Part shown: piece by piece, positions 48,701 through 57,700 of the stretch | How the letters are laid out: every line of letters starts with the position of its first letter | How positions within the stretch are numbered: the first letter of the stretch is position 1 | NCBI GenBank assembly: GCA_964387845.1 | Contig: CAYLXA010000003.1 | Span: 32,001-96,000, forward strand | Direction of reading: 5' to 3' | Origin: an uncultured bacterium | GTDB lineage: Bacteria > Omnitrophota > Omnitrophia > Omnitrophales > Abzuiibacteriaceae | DNA length: 64,000 nt | The notes under the pieces: model-generated | Told to the model about the DNA's origin: nothing | The model's database searches: none | Seen by the model: only the letters and a program-made list of their open reading frames with translations | Made by a program: the position numbers and the translations under genes

Positions 48701-51700
48701 AAAGAGAAAGCAAAACATCCAACTTTTTTAAGACGGTGTTGAGATGTCTGTTTTGAAGAATGGGCGGGATTCTGGCCGTTAAAGCATGGGCGCCTTCCAA
48801 CCATGAATAAAACGCATTCCGCTCATCAGAAGTTCCCATTAAATCGATAAATTCATCTAATTCCTTTTTTAACTTTACCAAGCTATCAAAGTGGCGAACC
48901 AGGTCGGAATTCTTCAAATCCGAAAGAAATGCATCTAGAAAAGCAGATGATTGAGACGCTATTTTCAACTGCTCTTCAAGTTTCGCCCGGCTTTCGGCAG
49001 TATTTTCGGAGGCCAATGCAGTCAAGGCAGTTTGGCGTAAAGCAGAAATGGATTCTACCTCGATAAACTTTTTGGCCAACTCGTCAATTTTCTGGATTCT
49101 CTGAATAATTTTTTCACTGCGGGTTTTCCGAACAAAAGAAACGGTTTCATTTTCATTTGATTTAACAATCAAATTTAAAATTAACGGCAGGGCTTCCTTT
49201 CTGAAGAATTTGCCCACGATTTTCCGGATCTCATCCAGTTTTTCTGACCGTCCTTTTTCCGGATTATTGGCAAGTTGATTAATGCTCAAAATTCCTTCGT
49301 CAACTTCAAGAAGCCACGAAAATACAGTTTCTATTTCACTTGCGGTGCCTAGATCAGAAATAAATTTTTCAAACCGGCTTTGGATTTCTCTCAGTTTGTG
49401 ATAAGCATCCCTGTTCTCACTTTCGGTAAGACCGTCAAATATTTTTTTCAGAATTTCAAAAGATTTTCTTGCTTCCGATCCAATATTTTTAAGATCTTCA
49501 AACCCTGCAAACGCCGTTTCGATGTCGAATTCCCCGTCACTTGAAGCAGGAATTAATTTGGATAAAACAAATGAGTCTAGATCGGAAAACCATGCGTCTG
49601 AAAAAAATGCTGCATATTGGGGCGCTGCGGCCGCATAAGTAGTTTTGCTGCGTGTGATTTGAGACAGTAATAAATTCCCGCGGCTATTCGCTGATTTCCA
49701 GCTGTTCATATTCATGCTTTCAAGCGAACGCAATTCTGATTTCTTGCTTTCAGCCGCATTCAACGTTTCGGCAATGAACGTTTTCATTACGCGATAGACA
49801 TATTCGGTTTGCTCTTGGGTAGGTTCGCTATTAAGAAAACGATCATAGAATTTGGCGGGATCCGAACCGCGCGGGTAAGCCTGTGAATAAGACAAAAGCC
49901 AGGCGCCAATAATAGATTGTCTAAACGTTGGAAGAGGAAGTTTTTTTAATTGTACGCCGCGGAGGCCGATGTTGACGAAAATAGCCGGCACATTTGCATC
50001 AAATTCTTTCCAACGGCGAAGGCGATGAATCGGCGCAAACCGGTCAAGCTCGCCCTTCCAAGGAATATAATCAATCTTCAAATCCTGCCCGTCGACCGTA
50101 ATTTTTTTCAAATCTTTGAGCAATTCCATAGCTTTAGAAGTGGCAATAATGCGGATCGGAGCGCGCGTTTCGCGAGGGCGTCTTTCCATAAACGTGATAT
50201 GCCAATCCATCATAAACGGAATATCGGGAAATTTTTGATGCAGGACCTGCATGAATTTTTCTCCGATTGGCGCCGGAATAGATTCAAAATTAGGCTGTGA
50301 ATCCGGTTTAATCTCGGCTATCAATTCTTCCGAAAATGCAGCCAACATTTTTTTGAATAACTTGTCCCGCTCTCCATGAAATTCGAGACGTTTTTGAAAA
50401 TCTGCGGCGCCTGCCGACATTTTTCGTTTCGTGCTCAAGCGCCGCTTTTTTCTTTCAGAAGGCCAATCTTTTTCTGCGTCATTTGTGATACGCTTTTGAA
50501 CAATATGCAGCAAGCGACTATTGATTTCATTACCGATTAAACCTTCCCGATCGGAAGCTTTGCTGAAATGAAAGTCGATCAAATTTAAACTGCTCTGGTC
50601 ATCACTTGTTTCAATTGCACGATCAATATCTTCTATCACTTTTTCCAATGTTTCAACAAACCACCGTTCTTTATCTTTGGAATATCGCTTTGACGCGGCC
50701 CCGTGCTCAAAAATTCTTCTCCCTTCTCTTCTATAAGCTTCGAGCATCCGCATAACACCCCGGTAAATCAAGTTGGTCTCGCCGACCGGCGTAAAAGACG
50801 ATCTCCACCTGCCGATTGCAGCATACCCGCCAAATTCTTGTTTCAAATCACGAATCATTGCTGCCGTGCGCTCCAAAGGATAATCACGATCAGTCAAGAT
50901 AAGCGGTGCTGTTCCTTCGGAGGATTTGACCGATTCCAGCAATTGAATTGCAGAACCAATGCTTTCCGGGAACAAATCTTCCGGAGCAAGCAGGCCCAGC
51001 TCAAACATGATTTGATTAAAAATGGTGCGCTGAGGGCCTCTCAGGCCTTTTATCCATGGATCTTTTTCGTAAATGGGCCGGATGCTTTTTGCGGTGATAT
51101 TGCCGTCTTCATCGCGATATTGATTGAATATATCGTTTTCGATTAAATATTCGATCGTGTTGTTTAAATAATCATACTGACGTAGCGTATCGGTCCATAA
51201 CAATAGAAGAAAAACAAGTTCGGGAGCCGGTTTTTGAAAGGGCATGAGCTGCTCGATTAATTCGTCGGATTCAAGAACTTTTCGGTAATAATCGACTAAA
51301 TTTTCAAATTTGGGATCTTTTATTTTATATTCTCCGCGATCAAACTTGCGAATAACTCTCCTAAGCACTATTCGAACGTCGTGCTTGAGCAGGGCTTCAT
51401 ACGCATACAACACACGTGATATTTTGTTGTCATAATCCCACGACGGATTTTTAGCAAAATCACTCTCGATCGCGATAAGGGTCCTAGCAATCAAACTTGC
51501 TGCATACATATTAGACCCCGGCAGCGGGTTGCCATACATGAGATCGGTTACATTTGGATGGACAATGTTTCCTGCGCGATCTGTCTCATCATTGGAAACA
51601 ACTTCATTGGGGAACACCTGATCCATAATAGCTTCACGGCTTCGAGTCCTCCGGTATTCTTCCCGTGCCCATTCTAAACGTTTTTTAAGTTGCCACCCTT

Positions 51701-54700
51701 TCGACCCTATTCCCAAAACAGACAACAACATCGCAATTGCATAATCCCGATAACCGACGTTTCCGACCATTTCAAACCGCAGCCTTGGATTGATTGCACG
51801 ATTCAGCCGGCGTACTACTTTTCGAAGAGAATGTTCATTTGCGTATTGAAACGCCGGAATTTTAAGTGCGATCGTGCTTGGAAGGCCCGCCTTCTCTTTA
51901 ATAGCACGCTCGTAATGATTTTCTTGCTCGTTTTCCGCTAATCCTGATAAAGCATGAAATATTTTCCTTTCGGCAGAATCCTCAGACTCCAAATAAGCAT
52001 GCCAAGCACGAGATTCAAATCGCCCCCACAAGTTTCCAAGTCCATGAAATTGGCTTTGAAATGCAAAAACCTGGCTTGCGCTCGCCATTTTATTTAGATG
52101 ATAACTGGCTTCGACAAGTTGACGATAAATATCGGGCAGGCCTTTTGAAGGCGTCATTTTGTACCGTTCTAGAGTTTCAAATGCGGCGTTCTTATGATAA
52201 TCAAAATAGAATTCGTGAATGCTTATGATTAACTCTCTGGTTTTTTCTTTAAAAACATCAATGGCGTGCGATTTCCCAAGCCCCATTGCGAGATCATAAA
52301 ACGATTGGAAGTACCGCGATAACCCCTCTGAGACTGCAAACCGGAGTCTCGCGTCGGTCTTGGATTTTTCGAGCAACGTATTTGTTATATCGCGAACAGG
52401 TTCAAAGAACACTTCCAACTTTGATTCGACGTTACTCTTTTTATTTCTTTTTGTACTGCCCTTTTTGATGTTGGCTGTCGCCAAACTAATTAAAAATTCT
52501 TGTGCGGTCTTTTGAGAAAAAGAATTGATGATGTGTTCCCACAAAAATATTGGTACTTTGATTTTAGATTTTGCACTCTGCACTAAATCTAAAAACATCC
52601 TTTCGGTCATTCTTTTATGATTGAAATTTTTTACGGGCAATACACGCACGCCGGGAATCGACTGAATTAAGAAATAGCTTTCTCTTTGGTCCTTATCTCC
52701 GCTTGTTTCTAACTTGCGGCTCGTAATGAGTTTGACTCTCGCAATAATTTTTAAGTCTGTTTGTTCTCCTCCGCGTGCAATCAAGAAACCATCTTCACGG
52801 CTTGGATTTAGTTTTATATCAAATTTTAAATCGTTTTGATTCTTTTCGCCGATGATCTGTTGGATTTTGTCCAAATCTTTCTGCCGATGCCATGCGGATC
52901 TGATTCCGACAAGAGAACCGCCCACCGATTCAACTCGCACTCTTGATATTTGTTTAGGGACAGATTCAACACGAATATGCATTGATTCGGTATTGCCATC
53001 CTCGTCAAAAACAACTGTAAATGTGCGACCGTGGCCAACTGAAACTAACTGCCGACCCACAAATCTTTTGGTACCAATCCGCTTCGCTTGAGAGATCAAT
53101 GCATCATCCGATCTGAGTTCAGACTTTTTTGTGGCCTGTCTTATTTCAAAATACTGCTGATAAAGTTCCTGAAAACTCGGCGTTTCCTGGATTTCAAGTT
53201 CGATTTCTCTAGCCATGTCCACTGCAGTGTCATTCAGAATATTTTCGTATGCACCAGCATCATAAGCTTTCTGTGAATCCTTACCGATTTCGTCCAGCCA
53301 TTTCCTCTCTGCCGGAATCCAGTCTTTATAATCATAAAAAATACTTTCGACATCCTCATAGGCCGTGAAGCGGATTAATTGTTTAAGAATAGCTAAAACC
53401 GCAGGGCTTACCGCAACGCTAATTGGAACATTGGCGTATTTACCTTTCATGTAGATTAAAAACAGCATGAACCGCCGCCAGCCAGCCATTTCGCCGCAGA
53501 TACTGACTTCCAACCCTGCCGCGCTCGCATGCTCAATGATTGTTTCGATCTTTTCAAGAAATGTGGAAAGCAATTCTGTGTACAATCTTCCGCCATATTC
53601 ACGGTCCCGGCCGAATGTTTGTTGCAATAAATCATTGGTGCCGATAGAAATAAAATCGACGTATTTCTTCTGTGCGATCACCGGAAGATTTTCAATGGCT
53701 TTGTTGGTTTCGATCATAATTCCGAACGGAATTTTGATCCGGAAGCGATTAAGATCGTGACGAAATTTTTCTAACTCCTGATCAAAGATAGTCCGGACAA
53801 ATATTACGTCATCCTCAGTTTGAACCATCGGTACAAATACTTTGACCGCAGATTCTCTTCCGGTTTCTCCTTCGGCGTGAAAATGCTCTGCAGCCATAAT
53901 GCTCGCGCGAATTGCCGCTCGAATTTGAGCTCTCAAGATCGGTTCGCCTTCCGTAGGATCCCTGTAAAGATCGAACCCGATTTTTGTATTCGTTTCTGAA
54001 ATGGCTGAAACAGGCTTGTCCAGCTGACGGTCTAACGTTCTTACCGCAAATGCGCCACGTAAGATAATCCTGCCCTGAGATAATATTTGAGTAAGATCGT
54101 CTTCATATTCTTTTATATTTGCTTCCCAGGATTCGTGGCGGTAGAAATGCGTAGGGAAATTGACTTCGGTTCGATAGAGCCGCACACCATCCGTATCTGC
54201 GGAAAGCTCTTGAATATGTTCAAGCGCATCCGCACTTCCGCTAACTTCCATCAACAGTGAAGCAACGCTGTCTTTCTTTGCAAACACAGGTTCTAGTGCG
54301 AGGGTTTTTGCCAATTGCAAATACGCTTCTTCCTTGACGATTTTCTGTTCATATTCGGCAGCATCTTTTTGTGAAGGATTGGCATGCAGCATTCCGTTTT
54401 CCCCGTCCGCATAAATGATTTGCCCTGACTTGATATCTGCAAACTTACCTAGTTTGGCCTTGAGCGCGGTAAGAACTAAGATCCCGTAATTAGCGCCGAC
54501 AATAACCCAATGTTCGGTGGGAGATCCAAACTCGGCTACAACCGCACCCAAATTTGGGTAAGCTTTTTTTAGACTTAAGAGAGTCGGCGCATTCATCGCT
54601 CCTGCCAAATACGGCTGTTCTTTTGAGACTTTTAAAATAACCACCAAATGATCAACTTTATCCGTCGTAAATTGCTGATCCGACACCAATTGCCGCGCCA

Positions 54701-57700
54701 TTTTTTCGTTTAGAATCAAAACTGCGTCTTTTAAAAGAACTAAAATATTTAGCAGCGTTTTCTCCTGAAGATCGGATGTGTCTTCAGAACTCATCTTGGT
54801 GCCGATATCCAAAATCAACTTTTGATAAGCATATTGGAGCGCAACATCAGGATACACATTTTTTGTATTGATTAACCAGCTGGTTTCTTCTTGAAATCGA
54901 TCAAGAAGCTCTTGAAATGAATACTTATCCGGCATGTTGTCGACAGGCGCTTGATCAACTAATTGGTCAGCCGCTGATTGAAATGCGCTTGCTATTTGAT
55001 CGTTGTATTCTTTGATTTTCTCTTGATAGAGTTCCTCGGACATTCCTTCCATTTTAAAAGACTCGCCATAGCTCAAAAAACTCATCATCCGGTAGAGCGT
55101 GGAAAGGATTTCCCTATTTCGAGCCTTGATCTGTTTTTCTTCATCCGTGCCCTCGGTTCCCTTGAGAGATTCGATGGCATTATGGATATCTTTAACAATT
55201 CTAGGAATTGGCTGGCCGGCTTTTTCAAGCTGTGTATAAGCATTGGGGTGCGCATACAACTTAAACGCATCGAAATATGAGATTTTTTTGTCCTTCAAAG
55301 ATTCCATCACTAATTTTATTGAATCGGTGTTATATTTAAAAAATTGCCATGTGATTTCTAATGCTTTTGCATCACGCAGACGCCCTTTTTGCTTTAGATC
55401 CCGAATTCTAATTTGAAAATCGAAATTAAAAATATCTAGAATCGCTTTAAAATGTTGCACATCACGTTCGGCAGCTTCAGGGCTAAGAATGGCAGGCTGT
55501 TTAAATTTGCTGCTAAATTTTTCCAAACTCTCTCCTAGCGCTCTGCTCGACCACAAATAGTAAATCTGAAAACCAACGCTATTCACTTTTGATTTAATTT
55601 CTTCTTCAAGAAGATGATCCGCTCTTTTCCCTTCGCTTTCTATTTTTTCCAGAACAGAATCTTTCAATTCGTCTAAAACTTGCAGTAAATTTTTGTTCGA
55701 TTGGTCTTCTTCCAAAATCATCCTGTCTATCTTTTCTGAAAATTTTACCTTTTCGATTCTTATCTTTTCTTGAACATCTGGTTCTTCATCCAAATTCGAT
55801 CTCAACGAATAAGCAGCTGTAAAAAAGTCGTCTGCCTGGAAAAGCATCGTGGTGCCTCGAAATACACGCCGGGCCTGATTTTTATTGCCCTGCATCAGAA
55901 CGGTTCGAAGTTCTGATCTTTTTTCCGATTCGCCTTCGGCATCACTTGTTTTGCTTTTGGATTTTTTCTCTTCGATCATTTCTTCAATGAGATCCAGCAG
56001 ATCTGTTAGTTGAGGGGGCAAAACTCCTTCGATTGCGTCCATGCTCAGCCCTGTATTCGCAATCACTCTTGCGATTATTTCGAGAGCGCTGTTTCCTGTA
56101 GAAACCGGATTTGCATTTATAATTGCCGCTATTTCCTCGTCATTTACTGATTCTTCTTTCGGGTCAAAATAAGAAGCGATTCCGGATTGCGCAGCAGGTT
56201 TTTCGGATTTGTTTTCTGCTGCTTGAGGTTGGGTTTGCGGCTCTGCCGGCTGTGCTGATTTGGCTTTTTCAATGACGAGTTGAAAAAAAGCGTCTCTCTG
56301 GTTTTGCTTTATCGATTTGAATTGATCATTTATAAACTTAGCGAAGGTCGATCCTGCTCTTAAGGGAAATTTATTCACGCTCGGATTCCCTTGTTTATAT
56401 TCGCTTGCCAATGCGCCACTCTTGTTAGCGTCTGTGATAATTGTCCGCTCAATTTCTGTTAGGTTGCCTTCCTTCCCCTCGGCAAGTTTCACAACGCCGG
56501 AAAAAAATGCTTCCACGTTTGCCTGCTGCGTCATATCTGCCGGAACTCCCGCCGCCCAATCGATCAATTTTTGGATTTGCGAATTGACAGCCCGCAATTC
56601 AGAACGATCGTTCTTCTCAGATTGTTGAGAAGGTTGTATAGAAACTGCATACGAGGCCAATTTCGAATCATCAAAATATGCCCTATCAATAAACTTTTCA
56701 AAAGTGGCTTGCCAACCGTCAGGGTTGTAGTAATACTCGGGCAACGATTTTCCTGATTTTGCTTGCACTTCGGATGCAAACCTGAGCAAAGCTTGTTGGA
56801 TAGGAACAAGAAACCGGTTATCAAAATTCTCCGCCGCTGTCCCCGGATTATTTTTGTTGATCAACGCACGCGTATATCCCAATTGCAGCGTCATTAGTTT
56901 CAAAATGTATCTTGATTTTTTCCAGTTCTTATCATTTGCGGCATCACGAAATCTCGATGAATCATAATGAAGGCGCGTTAATGTTGCCGCAAGTGATTCC
57001 GGATATTGATCCCTGGAGACATAGCGGACTTTAAGCCAATCAGATGCAACATCATCTAAAAATACCGAAACAACTCTGTGGGGAGTTTGTTCAATAACAA
57101 CCGACTCTGGATCCTTGAAACCAACCACCCCATTCTCATAAGCAAGATGGCCGACTTCGTGATACACATGATAATCGCTTACCCATTCAAATAACCGTGC
57201 CCTGTCTTCCTTATTTCCAATCTCACCGTGGTGGATAATTTGATGCTGGAGCATTGCCATTCTGAGTGAAATTCGGAGTCTGCGATAAGTTTCGTCATAA
57301 ATTAACGAAAATCCTGTATTGTCAGCCATAGATTCCGAATCTTTCATTTCAGCCGAAAAATTGATAGAGGGTGTCTCTAAAAATTTCTTCAACTCTGCCG
57401 GTAACTTTTCATAACTCTCAGAGGTTCGGCTTATCATCAAAAACGAATCCAAAATCTCTTCCATACTTAAATTGAGCTTCTTGAGTTCGCGATAAATCAT
57501 GATTAGCATAGAAAAAATATTTTGGCTTAATTTGTCAGGAAATTTACTTGTTGAAGATGGGATATAAAGGAATGATGATTGACCGCCTCGATAGGCCGAA
57601 ATAATAACATCAATTGGCCTTGCAAAAAGCCATCTTGAAAAGTAAATAAGCATCACTTGTGTAAGTTTTTTGATTTGAGACAGGTTGGGAAATTCTGGTT

